Shown here: in pieces, positions 1 to 12,986 of the stretch
How positions within the stretch are numbered: the first letter of the stretch is position 1
Layout: every line of letters begins with the position of its first letter
Assembly: GCA_044892525.1 (NCBI GenBank)
Contig: CM097885.1
Coordinates: 40,612,001 to 40,676,000, forward strand
DNA: 64,000 nucleotides
Reading direction: 5' to 3'
Origin: Schmidtea polychroa
Taxonomy: Eukaryota
The notes under the pieces: model-generated
The model's input: the letters and a program-made list of their open reading frames with translations, nothing else
Told to the model about the DNA's origin: nothing
Databases searched by the model: none
Position numbers and translations under genes: made by a program

Positions 1-893
1 AAAATAAATAATTGTTAACTCAACCACTTTAAAACACCACTTGGAATTGAGGATAATTTAAATTACAATAAATGACTATAGAATTCTAATTTACAAAAGA
101 TTCTTCTTTTAATTGATTACTACTGACTTATTATTAGTAGTGGGTATAATGGGAATCCTGGGACACGCCACCGTAGGAAACCGACAATTTATTGCTTTCA
201 AGAATTCGAAATTTTTAAAAATTCAAACTTTTAAGATTTCAAACTTTCAAACTTCAGAGGTAACGGGTGGCGTGCCACAGGACTCCCATTATACCCACTA
301 TTTATAAAAATAAAATATTTTCATTTTTTGATTTAATGATTTTTTGATTTTTCGATTTAATAATTTTTATAATTTTATGGACTTGATAATTTTTATAAAA
401 AATAAAAATATTTTTATAAAATTGGTTGGTGGTACCCAAGAAAACCTAATTTAATGGTTTGACTTTGAATCAAGATTCAAAGTCAAACTTGATTTGAGGA
501 ATCTTAAAATTTAAAAATTTAAAGACTTGATAATTTTTATAAAAAAATATTGTTTGTTTCTCAAACTTGTTTGAGGAACAAACTTATTCAAATGTTTGGG
601 TACCCACCCAAGAAAACCTAATTTAATGGTTTGACTTTGAATCAAGATTCAAAGTCAAACTTGATTCGAGGAATTTTAAAATTTTTATATTTTAGGATTC
701 GAGGAATTTTAATAATTTTATAATTTTAGATTTCCATATTTTTAAAATTATTGTTTGAGTGAGAACCTTGTTTCCTCCCTCAAACAATAATTTTTTAATT
801 TTGGGAATTAGTGAATTCACTAGTACCCAAAGTTTTCGAACCCAAAACTTGTTTTGGGTTCGAAAACAAAATCTGAAAATTCTATTATAAAAA

Positions 894-1045
894 TGGAATA
901 ATATAAATCTTGAAATTTCAGAAAAAAATTAATTAAATCTTGATTATAATAAACAGTTTGTTCATGAAATCAAGAAAAATGATGTCCAACTTCTGGTTCC
1001 ATTGCAAATTTAGATCGTGGAGGTGATATAGTTTTTCAATCTCCT
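894..1045 (+). pseudogene. 5' fragment of major capsid protein
   Basis: MEYINLEISEK..LNLDYNKQFVHEIKKND..GSIANLDRGGDIVFQS matches the N-terminus of the 24422-25714 MCP; rest deleted. Confidence 0.8.
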
Positions 1046-1049
1046 TCAA

Positions 1050-2380
1050 GTAGATTCTCTTTTGAAAATCAGGGTGGTGATTTACAATCTTCAAAATTAA
1101 CATCAACATTATTGAAACCCTTTACTATTGAAAAATATCCAGGTGAAATACATTTATTTAAACACAATTATACTGGATCTGGAACACGATTAGATGTTAG
1201 ACTTGATGAAAATAATAATCCCAAACAAGGAGAGGAACCAATAAATAGAATTGATCAAGCTGCTTTGAAACATGACATTTCTTAGAATTCAACTGTTTCG
1301 AGAGAGACATGTTGCTGATGTTAATTTAATACATGATTTAAATAGTATACAAAATCCATCAACCCAAGAAAAGATTCAAAGAGCTCTAGTTAAATTAGCA
1401 ATGAAGGGTAAAATTTTCATAGGTGGTTTTCTCCATGTTAAACCTGTTAACATAGAAAACACAGGACACAATCCTCTACAAAGGATTGCAAAAGATGTTG
1501 CTAATAAAAGGATTATTGAACAAGCAGACACTGAAAAGTATGTGTCCAAGACTAATTTACAAATCCCAACAGGATCACAAATAAAATATGCCAATGAATT
1601 ACACTATGAATTTAGAAAAAATAAAAAACATCTAAAAGTTCAAGTTTATGAAAAAGATCATACTTGGTCTGCTGATTTAGTCTTTATGCCAATCAAATCA
1701 TCAGACCCTGAAAAATATAAAATAATTTTAGCTGTAATAGATTTATATACAAGATTTGCTTTTGCAAGATGTTTAGAAAATAAAACAGGATATTCTATTA
1801 CAGAAGCATTTGAAAATATATTTGAAGAACATCAAAGAATTCCAAAATATTTATGGTGTGATAAAGGAACAGAATTTTATAACAAAGTTTTTAAAAGTTT
1901 TTTGGAAGAAAATGATATTAAATTATATTCAACAGAAAACGAAGGAAAAGCAGTCGTAGTTGAAAGATTAAATAGAACATTAAAAAATAAAATGTGGATA
2001 TATTTTACTGCTATTGGAAAACAAAAATGGAATAATGAATTGTTACAAAAGATTGTAAATGAATATAATAATGATGTACATAGTTCTATAAAAGAAACAC
2101 CCTTAAATGCTTCTAAAAATCCTGAAAGAGTTAAAGAAATAAATATTGAAAATGGTAGCGTTGATACAACACTTGAAAAACCAAAGTTTAAAATTGGTGA
2201 ACGAGTAAGAATATTTAAATATAAAAATAAATTTGAAAAAGGATTCACAGCGAAATGGACAAATGAAATTTTTATTATAAATAAAATACATCATACAATT
2301 CCAATTATCATTGATTTAAATAATGAAAAAATATTAGGTAGATTTTATAATAATGAATTTCAGAAATCAAGTTCAAGTCT
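1050..2380 (+). pseudogene. PLA2-like / retroviral-type (rve) integrase fusion, 5' part frameshifted
   Basis: HNYTGSGT..NRIDQAALKHD (PLA2); WSADLVFM, VIDLYTRF, CDKGTEFYN, VERLNRTLK (DDE integrase); PKFKIGERVRI C-terminal domain. Confidence 0.9.
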
Positions 2381-3164
2381 GAAACAAGTTTTTCTGTATC
2401 TCATCCCTTTCTCTATCCAAATAAATATAATTATATTTTTCTTTCCAATGATTATCAACAAGCATATCAAACATATTTTTATCAGGTTCAACATTTGAAA
2501 ATAAATCAGCATAAATCATATTCTTATCGCGTTTATCTAATTTAAAAAATATGAAACAATTCGAGTTGTTTCTAATTGAATTTTTATCCAAAGCATAATA
2601 AGTCTGAGATATATAAATCACATTACAATTATTATGGCGTCCTCGAGTAAAATAACTTTTTTGAATTTCTTGATTTTTCATATTTACGACATCATCAAAT
2701 ATAACTAGATTCCTTTTATCTTTTAAAGTAAATCACAATGTACGACATCTTCAGGTTTATTGAAGAATTGTTTTATCATCATTAACATAATCATTTTTTT
2801 TAGCAATGTTTAATTCCAAGATCTTTTCCTTGTACCAATCAACCATATCACATGGATGAAAAACTTCATCGGGACATCTGTGCTGATTTTTAAAAATATC
2901 GATGATTGCTTTTTTAGTTAATTTATTTTCAAATCCACATTTCAAAAGTTGTAATTCTGGTTGGTTTATAGTTGTAGAATAAAATATTAAATTATTATTA
3001 TCTAAGAACCCATCTTCAAGTAACATTCTCAAAAGAAGTACATTCTTTCCACAACCCAAAGATCCAACAATTAATAATCTAAAATTATCAGGAAATAATT
3101 CATTATTAAATTTACTTTTGTGTCGAGTTAAAATTGGTTTCCAATTTTGATTTAAAATATTCAT
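2373..3164 (-). pseudogene. A32-like packaging ATPase, split
   Basis: ORFs 2757-3164 (GSLGCGKN) and 2373-2681 (RGRHNN) are two halves of a homolog of 22165-22971. Confidence 0.9.
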
Positions 3165-3244
3165 TTATATTTAAAAATTTAAATATATGGAACTATTTTA
3201 ATTATAAAAATTTAAAATTTTTATAATTTTATTTATTTGAAAAG

Positions 3245-3779
3245 GCCACTGAAGAATCTCTGCAAGAATTAATTAATTCAAACAAAAATAAAACAGTAGT
3301 AATTGATGGCAAGGAATGTTTTGTTGGAAAACCTGTCAAGGAGCAAGTTCGTGAGAAATTAAAACAAGGTGGTATTTTACCCTTGGCTGCTTTAATACCA
3401 GCAATTATTGCAGGTTTATCTAGTGCTGCTGGAATAGCTGGTGGGGTTGCAACTACAGTTCAAAAATCTAGAGAAGCTCAAAAAACTGAATTAGAAAAAC
3501 AAAAATTACAACAGGAAATTGATTCAATGAAAAAGAAAGGAACAGGTCCTACAAGTGTTGATACAAGTTTAAAGCTTGGAACAGGTTTATATCTTGATCC
3601 TTATAAAGGTAGAGGTTTAAATGATTTTCTCAAAAATTAAATTTCAACATCTGACTTATCCACAAAAGAAAAGGATAATTTAAAAAAAGATATGCAAGTC
3701 TTTGAAAAATGGTTGTATTTGTAAATCAAAAGATGGCAAAGGTGTATATTTGAAACCTTGGAAAGAAAATGGTGCATAA
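3245..3779 (+). pseudogene. Core protein (adenovirus pX-like), degraded
   Basis: GGILPLAALIPAIIAGLSSAAGIAGG and GTGLYLDPYKGRG; homolog of 21541-22149; internal stop, start lost. Confidence 0.8.
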
Positions 3780-3797
3780 AATATTTTCTAATATTAA

Positions 3798-4949
3798 TTA
3801 ACTTATTGTATCATTTGAAGAATTCTCATCTTGATTTGAGTGAGAACCTTGGTTCGAACTCAAATCTGAAATATAAATTGGTATAACCTTTTCACCATCT
3901 AATTCATAAATATTAATTCTAAGTTGATTCAATCTTCCAAATTTTGACATGTGTTCAATTTTCATTGGATGTTCAAAACCATCCCAGAATAAAGTATCTT
4001 TTTCATATTTTTTATATTTAGATACCCTCCAATCATGTTCTTCTTCTTGAGGATGCAAAGCTGAAAGTATTGCCCATAGAAAACATTTATTATCTTTATT
4101 TTTAACATTTTTTACATCTTTGGAAATAAAAGGTGTTAGAATATATGATCTAGGAATTGAAGGATTTCCTTTCCAATAATATATTTCAATATTTTCAAAT
4201 GAATGAAAACGTAAATCTGATTCTCCTAATTCTTGTTCAGATTGTTCTTGGGATTCTTGCATCTCTCGAATAATTTCTCTCATTGATTTTTTAAATGCCT
4301 TCATTGAATATAAATATTATTTTGAATATAAGTGTTATTTTGATTTGTTTTATTTGTTTGTCGACAATATTTTGCATTTATTCCTATTTTATATTTTATA
4401 ATATTAAACCTTGTACCCTTGAATTTTGCAATAGAGTTTTCCAATGATTCTTTTATTTCTTGTTGGTTTGATTTAATGTATGAGGAAATTGTAATTGGTC
4501 CAGTTTCTTCACTACCAAATTCATCAATATGATTAAAATCATCCAAACCTTCAACTTCATCATAATCAGAATCTTCATCATCTTCTTCACATTCTTTAAC
4601 ATGTTCCTTTAATTCAGATTTAGTTTTGAATTTTGAATGAAATTTGAGACATGAAAATACTTGTCTTATTTTCTTTATTCCAATACAATTTACAAAATGG
4701 TTTTCAATATCTTTCTTTATACTCGGAACAAATTTTTGAGTTGATATCATTTAATAAATTTAATTTCTTTAAATGATCTCTTGATTTTTTATGTGAAATC
4801 AATCCTGTCTTGGATTTGAAATTTCTATTACACGATTCATAAAAATGACTCGAACCTTGGTTCGAACTCAAAACTTGTTTTGAACTCTTGGCTCCTTTCG
4901 GACCATAACCTTGTTTTGTTAGGGTATCCAACATTTCTAATATAGTCAT
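3798..4949 (-). pseudogene. N-terminal fragment of protein-primed DNA polymerase B
   Basis: Zn-finger HKKSRDH; NVKNKDNKCFLWAILSALHP; PMKIEH..F..LN.LRINIY; three frameshifted ORFs. Confidence 0.85.
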
Positions 4950-5927
4950 TATTTAATAATTGTTTTTCACTGGTTTATTTTTATAATATAAAATTTCACA
5001 ACTTCAAAAAACTTTGGGTACCAGTGAATTCACTAATTCCCAAAATTAAAAAAATTATTGTTTCTTCCACAAACTTGTTTGACTTTGAACCTTGATTCGA
5101 ACTCAAACCAAATTATAAAATTTTAAAATTCCTCGAATCATTAAATCAAAGGTTTTTATTGGGTACCACCCAACCAATTTTATAAAATTCATAAAATTAA
5201 AAAATTTTAAATTCATCAAGTCCATAAAATATAAAAATTATAAATTCCACGAACCATTAAATAGGATTTTCTTGGGTACCTCCCAACCAATTTGAATAAT
5301 ATATTTTTTTTATTTTTTAAAATACTCAGTACATTTTAAAAAATATTTTTTTATATTAGTAAGTAGTGGGTATAATGGGAATTCTAGGCAACCCCGCCTG
5401 TTACCTCTAAAGTTTGAAAGTTTGAAATCTTAAAAGTTTGAATTTTTAAAAATTTCAAATTCTTGAAATTAAGAAAGTCTTGAGTTTTAAGAGTAGGGTG
5501 GCCTAGGATTCCCATTATACCCGCTACTATTATTGCAACGTAAAAATTGCATTAAATAAATACTTATTGTTGATCAGTTTTATTATATATACTCGGAGTT
5601 TATCCGACAGGATGTTTTGACCCTATCCGCCCATGGGTACTGCTCGTAAGGGTAATGTTCGTAATGGAATTCGTCGTAAGGGTATTGGTAACAATCAGCT
5701 AGATACTAATAAACACCATCAAAACCCATCGAGAAATTGACAAATATCAACCTACAACTAACAACTAGATACCTAATACCAAGTACATTACAACCAAGTA
5801 CCAAGTATTAACAACCAAGTACTTACTAACAATTACCATCAACCAGCTACTAATTATTTTTAACTAAGTACCTACAACTAACTACCATTACAACCAGTAA
5901 CTTACGAGCATGTATTTACAACTAGAT

Positions 5928-8687
5928 CAGCTATGTCCAACCTGCAGCCCGCGGGCCGCATGCGGCCCATTCAATAATTTTGTGCCGCCCGTTTTGTATA
6001 AATATTTATTGTAATGAAATATCAAATATAAATTTTTATTGTAGTAAAATATCACATGTGCGTTCAAAATCTTTTTTAATGTGTATTTATTTATTTTTTT
6101 ATACAAAAAAACGGTTACTTTTAAGATTTTTTTTAGTTTTAACACAAAAGACGGTTAAAACTTGTGTAAAAATTTTAGGCTTGATAGTCATAGCAACCAT
6201 TTTATGCACGATGACTATGACTTTCATGCATAAAATGGTTGCTATGATTGCAAGTAAAAAATTTCTACACATTCTTAAGTTGTAACCGTCTTTTGTGTTC
6301 TTTAATCATTAAGTGTTTAGTTTTTGTAAAGTAAAGAATTTCATTATTATTTTATTATAATTATCGAACTCTTGTGCTAGCTTAAAAATATTTGGTATTT
6401 GTTAGGGATATTTAAATAATTAATTTATAAATAAAATATATATTGTATTATAAGTAAAAGTATAATAATTATAAATGCTGGCACGCATAATTAGCATTAT
6501 TATTTAATTAATTAATTCGTCATTTAAATCGGGTGTTTAAATAATACCAGATTTAGGCAATAATTTGTATTTGTATTTTAATTTAATAAATATTTGCAGA
6601 TTACTAATTGGTTATTATTAACAGTATTTATTAAAAATATTGTGTGAAATATTGTGTATATATCAAAACGGAATCAAATATCATTAAGTAAATTAATTTT
6701 TAATTTCATTTTTAATTTATTTTAATCTTAGTCTTTTATTAAGGACTTTCTATCCATTATGTCTGATAAGAATAAAAAAAGAAAATTTGAAGATGAAAAC
6801 AGACAATTTAAAATTGAATGGGAAAATTTATATTTTTACACGCAGGTGAAAGAAAACGCTTTATGTTCAATTTGTCGTCAATCTACCTCAATATTAAAAT
6901 CATATAATTTGAGACGACATTTTGAACAAAAACATGATGATTATAAAAAATATACTAAAGACGAACGAAAGTGAAATTAGATACACTTAAAGCAAATCTG
7001 AATTCAGAACGAAATATATTTCATAAACAAACAATTCAATCTAATGCCATCGTTAATGCCAGCATGCGAATATCACACATTATTGGGAAAAAATGAAGCT
7101 CTTTTCAGATGGTCAATACATCAAAGAATGCCTTATTACTGCAGTTGAAAAAATTATTCCAGAAAAAGTTAAGATTTTTGGTCAAATTAGTCTATCACAT
7201 CAAACTGTATCACGAAGAATTGATAACATTTCAACTGATATTTGTTCTACGCTGGACATGGTTTCTAAAGAGTTTGCTTATTTCTCACTGGCTTTGGATG
7301 AGACAACAGATATTAAAGACACTGCACAACTTGCTATTTTTATTCGAGGTGTTAATAGTGAAATGAGTGTAACTGAAGAACTTCTGGATGTTATGAGTTT
7401 GAAAGGCACATCTACTGGAAAAAATATACAAGAAGCTGTCGTAAAATGCACACATGGTCATGGTCTGAAATTAGCAAACCTAATTATAATCACCACAGAT
7501 GGTGCAGCCTCAATGATCGGTAAAAATATTGGAGCCGTAAAATTAATTCTTGATTATAGAAATGCCATGGAAAAAGCTTCATTATCTCCGGACTTTTTTA
7601 TTTGTCACTGTTTTTTACACCTTGAGAATTTATGTGCGCAAGTATTTGATATGAACCATGTGATTCAGTCGTTATTAAAACAGTTAACGCAATAAAAAAT
7701 AATTCCTTGAAACATCGTCAGTTTCAAGATTACCTTCAAGAACTAGAATCTGAGTACAGTGATTTGCTTTTTTATGCGAAAATTCGCTGGTTAAGTCGTG
7801 GGAAATGTTTAGAAAGATTTTGGAATTTGAGAGAAGAGATTGGAATTTTTATGAATGTAAATGACCAAAATGTTCCTGAATTATATGATGAGCAGTGGCT
7901 TTTGGATTTATGTTTCCTTACAGATATTACTATGAAATTAAACGAACTGAATAGGCAGCTTCAAGGTGAAAACAAGTTGATCACAGACTGTTATGGAAAT
8001 ATAAAAGTATTCATAACAAAACTGAAACTTTATGAAAGTCAATTAAAATCAAAAAATTCTGTCCACTTTCCATTATTACATATATTTAATTGTGACAAAA
8101 AAGATTTTTCTAAATATGCACAAGAAATTACCAATTTACTACAAGAATTTCAGGAGAGATTTTCATATTTAAAGAAATATGAGAATATATTTAATATTTT
8201 CCTATGTCCATTTGACATTGTTGTGGAATCAGCTCCAAAAAATTTGCATATGGAGTTAATAGATCTCCAGTCATCTTCTGAATTAAAATATATGTTTGAA
8301 GCCAATGATAAAGTTCAGTTTTATAAAAAATACATATGCAATGATAAATTTCCTAATCTAAGAAAACTAGCGATAAGCGTTACAGGTGCAATGGGTACCA
8401 CGTATCTTTGGGAATCTTTTTTTTCAAAATTAAAGATTGTTAAATGTTAAAGTCGTAATAGATTAACTGATGAAAATTTAAAAAACCAATTACGATGTGC
8501 AACTTCAAAGATATCTGTGGACATAAAAAAATTATCTGAAAAAATTGAAAAACAAGTTTCACATTAAGTAATATGTATATGTAAAACATAATTTAGTTTG
8601 TAAAAATTTTTTATAATAAATAAATACGTGCGGCCCACATTATATTTTTATTTTGGCCCAGTAACCAATTTCGGTTGGACACCACTG
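5928..8687 (+). mobile_element. hAT DNA transposon (Buster/Charlie group)
   Basis: TIRs CAGCTATGTCCAACC / GGTTGGACACCACTG; 8-bp TSD AACTAGAT (5920-5927, 8688-8695) with central TA; GCGGCCC subterminal motifs. Confidence 0.93.
6759..8567 (+). pseudogene. hAT transposase (GTF2IRD2/SPIN-like), frameshifted
   Basis: BED finger CSIC..NLRRHFEQKH; FSLALDETTDIKDTAQL; TTDGAASM; CHCFLH; RWLSRG; C-terminal dimerisation region; split into 3-4 ORFs. Confidence 0.92.
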
Positions 8688-10214
8688 AACTAGATATCAA
8701 TTAGTTACAACTAAGTACTTACAACTAGTTAACAACCAGATACCAACAACCGCATACTAACAAGAAAGTATAAGATACTAAGTACTAATAACTAACAACC
8801 AAATAATTAAAACTAGTTAGCAAGTACCAACTAGCAACACATAAAAATAATAACAATTAAATACAAAATATTCTTCATCAAATACATTATCTTCTTGTCA
8901 TCATCTACAACCAGATATCATATACAAACAACTTGGTCTCAAAAAACTAAATACTAAAACTTACAAGCAACAACTATGTACTAACAAATTGATCTTTAAA
9001 AGAAAAATACTCTTCACTTGAAAGAATTGGATGAAAAATTATTTGAACTCAAGGCATCAAAAACTAATTTCATAAAATTAATCACTTTAATAAAAATATT
9101 TTTAAAAGAAATTAATGTGGGGAAAATAATTAGTGGAAAATGGGGGATATAAGTGATTAATTAGTGGAATATCGGCGAGTATAAATGATTAATTAATCAA
9201 ATATTGGTGGGTATAAGTGAGAGAGATATATAATTTAAATTATTTTAAACTACTTTACGACATAACAAGCCGTGACAATTTTATTACATAACAAGGCGTG
9301 ACTATTTTATTACATAACAAGCCATTAACAGTTCATATATTTCAAGAATTCTCTAAGAATTTTAAGAGGATTGATTGAATTAAAGGGGATATAACCTTAA
9401 GTGGGTAGAGTTAAAGGATATAGTTGGTTGGATATTGATGTTTAAAGAGTAGAATTATTTGGTGAGAGATCGGTTTAGATGGGAAAATATGATTTTTTAA
9501 GGGTGATGTTAGAAAATATCAATGTTTTAAGATAAATTGAATTATATTAGTCAGTTATAAATCAATAATAATGTGAAATTATATCGTTTTATTAGGTTGT
9601 AATTTAGATTTATGGTTTAGAACAATGTTTTATTAAAGTTTCTATTAATTATCCAGGGTTTTATTAATTGGTTTAGGTTTTATTGACAAATTTACTTGTT
9701 TTTGACAACGAAATCTTTAGAGATAATTAGGATTACATCAACTTTAAATTATTTTTATCTTAATTTAGGCGGACAACGACAAAAGTTGAGAAATATTGAC
9801 TTAAAACATCGACAACAACTAAAGAAAATTGATCTTTATTGGAAGAAATTTATCGGGTGATTTTAATTAGTAATTAAATCGATTGAATATCGGTAAAATA
9901 TGATCATTTGAAGAAATACATTTTATTGAATGGATAAATTTAATCTTTTTATGCAACTGCTTAGTTATATTGTACAATAATATTTATTTTAAATTTCGAG
10001 TGATTTAGAACAAAAATATAAATATTACTGATTTTATCAATAGATCTAATAAATTATTAATGGTTAATGAGCAAATTAATTTTTTTGATGATTTTAGTGA
10101 ATTATGTGTGATAATAGGAATTAAAGATATAATTATTGTCATTTAAAGAGATCTTAAACAATCCTATTAGTCTGAGGGAAATATATATATCCTTTAAAGG
10201 GTATTTATCAATAA

Positions 10215-10415
10215 AATATTTAGACCCATAATTTACTTATTTAACACATTCATTACTTTAATTTTAATATTTAGACTATAATTTACTAATCTGAACCCTT
10301 AATTTCCTTTAATTAAAAATTTACCACGCTTTTCAGTGTAGACCCCTTTTTTGTATTGAACATCCCAGGACCAAGGAGACCCCCTCAATATAGTCTGAAA
10401 AATCATGGCCTTTTT
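10215..10415 (-). repeat. Terminal fragment of an unclassified repeat, related in inverted orientation to 28185-28330
   Basis: GTATTGAACATCCC..GACCAA.GAGAC.CCCTCA.TATAGTCTGAAAAATC.TGGCCTTTTT shared with the reverse complement of the 28185 region, plus the same AT-rich subrepeats. Confidence 0.55.
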
Positions 10416-11218
10416 CTATAAGTTCTATCTATTTGTATTGTAAAGAATTTGTGGAGCGTACTGCTGCAGGGAGCTCTTAACTACCAAATATTATCGATTA
10501 AAACAACATCTTAAAAATGATATAATAGTTGACTCAAACAAAACTAACATCAACTAAAACAAAATAAAAATTTTAAAAAAATTTAATTCTTTTTGATTGC
10601 TATTCTGCATTATTATTTATTATTTTTTGCTATTTGATTAAATAATGTATTAATTAATTGCAATTCATTTATTAATTTGATATAATTTTATATAGTGTCT
10701 TAGTATATAGTTTTATATGATGTAATGGAAAGGTGAACACGTTAACAAATATTTTGTATTATCAAAATACTTATTTTGATGTTTATGCCTGTTTGATTGT
10801 AAGTCTCCATTATTATCAAATTAAGTCTCTTCATCATATTATTTAATAAACATATACAATTGAATGTTTTAGATAATTAATAATTTTCATAAAAAATATA
10901 ATTTTTTTAATAAATTTTAATAAATTTTACGAAAAAATATGAAATGTATGTTTGTTTAGTTTTTCTATATATAAAAAAACCGTGAAAAAATGTGCTTCAA
11001 GAGGTGTTCGTTTAAGTTCGTTGTTTGTTTTTCGAACACAGAAATCTTTCATAAAAATGTTGGTCGTCCGCTTCATTTCATGACACTGTATATAAAAGTC
11101 CTACCTAATTGAAATTATTTAAAATAAAATATAAAGTAAAATAAAGAGAATAATTTAAATAGAAAAATTTATTCAGTCAAAAAATAAATAAAATAAAACT
11201 ATTTTCTAATGAAAGTAA

Positions 11219-12271
11219 TTAGCGGACTATATGAATATTATATGTTGGCTTGTTGCTGCAGCAGTTGATCAGGATAGTCGACCGACTCAAAGTTTCTTCA
11301 TGAATGATTTCATTATGAAAATATTTTAATTAATCCTTAGAAATTCTTTCCGAAGTAAATATTGACATATATTCGTGCTTTTCAGATTCTAATATAATCG
11401 GGATCAACTGGATCAACATTTCATCCGAGCTCTCATGCATCTGCAAACGTTTGAAATCCTTTATTTGTTCTTCATTTTTCTCAATCGCTATCGTTCCAGA
11501 TATTGATAGCTCATTAGCATCATTGAGATCCAATTTGACATGGTTGGCCCTCGGTGTAGTTAAAACGTCCTGGAGTTCATTGGAAATGTCAGTAAACAAA
11601 TATATTGACCGATTTGTCAACCGAATCGATTTTATGAAATTGAAAATCTCTTGTTTCAAAATGGAATCGATTTTATTGATTTCAAATCGTGATCCTTTGT
11701 TGAAAATTCGAATAAATGAGGTGCTTTTATCGAATTCTCCATCGATGGGTTCATAAACTGTTGCATAATGTTCAATTCTTGACTTGAAATCTTGAATGGC
11801 TTCATCTTTCGAACAATGTAAATAATCTCTTGTGAATAATTTGACTTTTTCAATATTTTCATTGATCGTATCTTGATCATCACATATAATTTCTAGATAC
11901 AAAATGTCGATTTGATGTTGACTGACGGACATTTCAATCCAATGACGTCTTTCACGGGTCGTGTTAGTTGCGTCGTAAAATGCGATATTTCCGTCATGGT
12001 TTTCTAACCAATCAATCATGTCATTCATTGCCGAATCGGCAGACAATTTACGAATCTTTTGAGCATCGCCATTGTTTCCATCGAAAAAATTATTTCCCGT
12101 GTACTCTCCTTCAAGTTCTCGTCTGTAGTTACCAACATTGAAGATTTGTGCAGAAATATTCAACCAGTTGAAATATTTACATAGTTTTTTCGAAACGTAT
12201 GATTTACCTCTTGCTGGCAATCCGATTAAAACAACAACGAGTTTTTTTCTTTCAATTGTAAATTTAGTCAT
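11219..12271 (-). pseudogene. 6-phosphofructo-2-kinase (PFKFB-like) copy with premature stop
   Basis: GLPARGKS P-loop, FNVGNYRR, YDATNTTRERR; TTA>TAA at 11330-11332 relative to the 60501-61553 copy removes 37 aa. Confidence 0.85.
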
Positions 12272-12986
12272 GATTAATAATAATAATAATAAATTAGATA
12301 ATTAAACAAAATATTATTTTATTCCTTTTATACATTTTAAGGAAATAAATATAGAAAAATATTAATATTTTATTTATTCAATTAATATTGGAAAAATAAA
12401 AATATTTTCATAATATTTTGATAATATTAACATAAATTAAAGTAATATGAAATTAAAATTAAATTGGACCTACATTAAAAATTTAAAAAATAATAAAAAC
12501 AATTAAATTAAATTAAATTAAAATTAAGTGAGAATAATATTAAAATAAAAATAAGTTTAAAATTAAAATTATGCTCAAGAGTAGTGAGGAATCTATGCAC
12601 CCCAGCACCCCCACCCTAAAAAAAAAACAGCGCTATTGACCCATATTTTCCACATTTATATGCTTTTTTACCCCATATTCTTCACTTTTTTTAACTTTTA
12701 AACTTTGTCCCCTATTGCCATTAACCCTTAATTTCTTCCCTTAAAAGTAAAAAAGTTCGGAATAGATGTATTTATAGATTAGTAATTCCGAGAAAAGGTA
12801 ACGGGGTGCATAGATTCCTCACTACTTGGTCTTAAGGATTTAATGTTATAAGGATTTAATGTTATAAGAATATCAGATTACCTAATTCATAATGATCTAG
12901 GTCGCCTGATCACTTTTAGATTTAAAAAAAATAAAAATTAATATCAAAACCAAAACATCGTATCCAACCAAAAGATTCTTTTAAAA

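Larger units (their letters stand above)
136..5528. mobile_element. Polinton/Maverick element A, internally deleted non-autonomous derivative
   Basis: Starts AGTAGT (136), ends GCTACT (5528); 6-bp TSD ATTATT at 130-135 and 5529-5534; long imperfect TIRs (~136-840 vs ~5010-5528); carries remnants of MCP, PLA2-integrase, ATPase, core protein and pPolB. Confidence 0.93.

Noticed and set aside
113..307. 64-aa ORF (and copy 50578-50772)
   Set aside because: Spans the TSD and terminal hairpin cassette; chance ORF
1877..2294. Antisense ORFs recurring over integrase genes (also 23122-23481, 41879-42136, 51153-51570)
   Set aside because: Shadow frames of the conserved integrase codons
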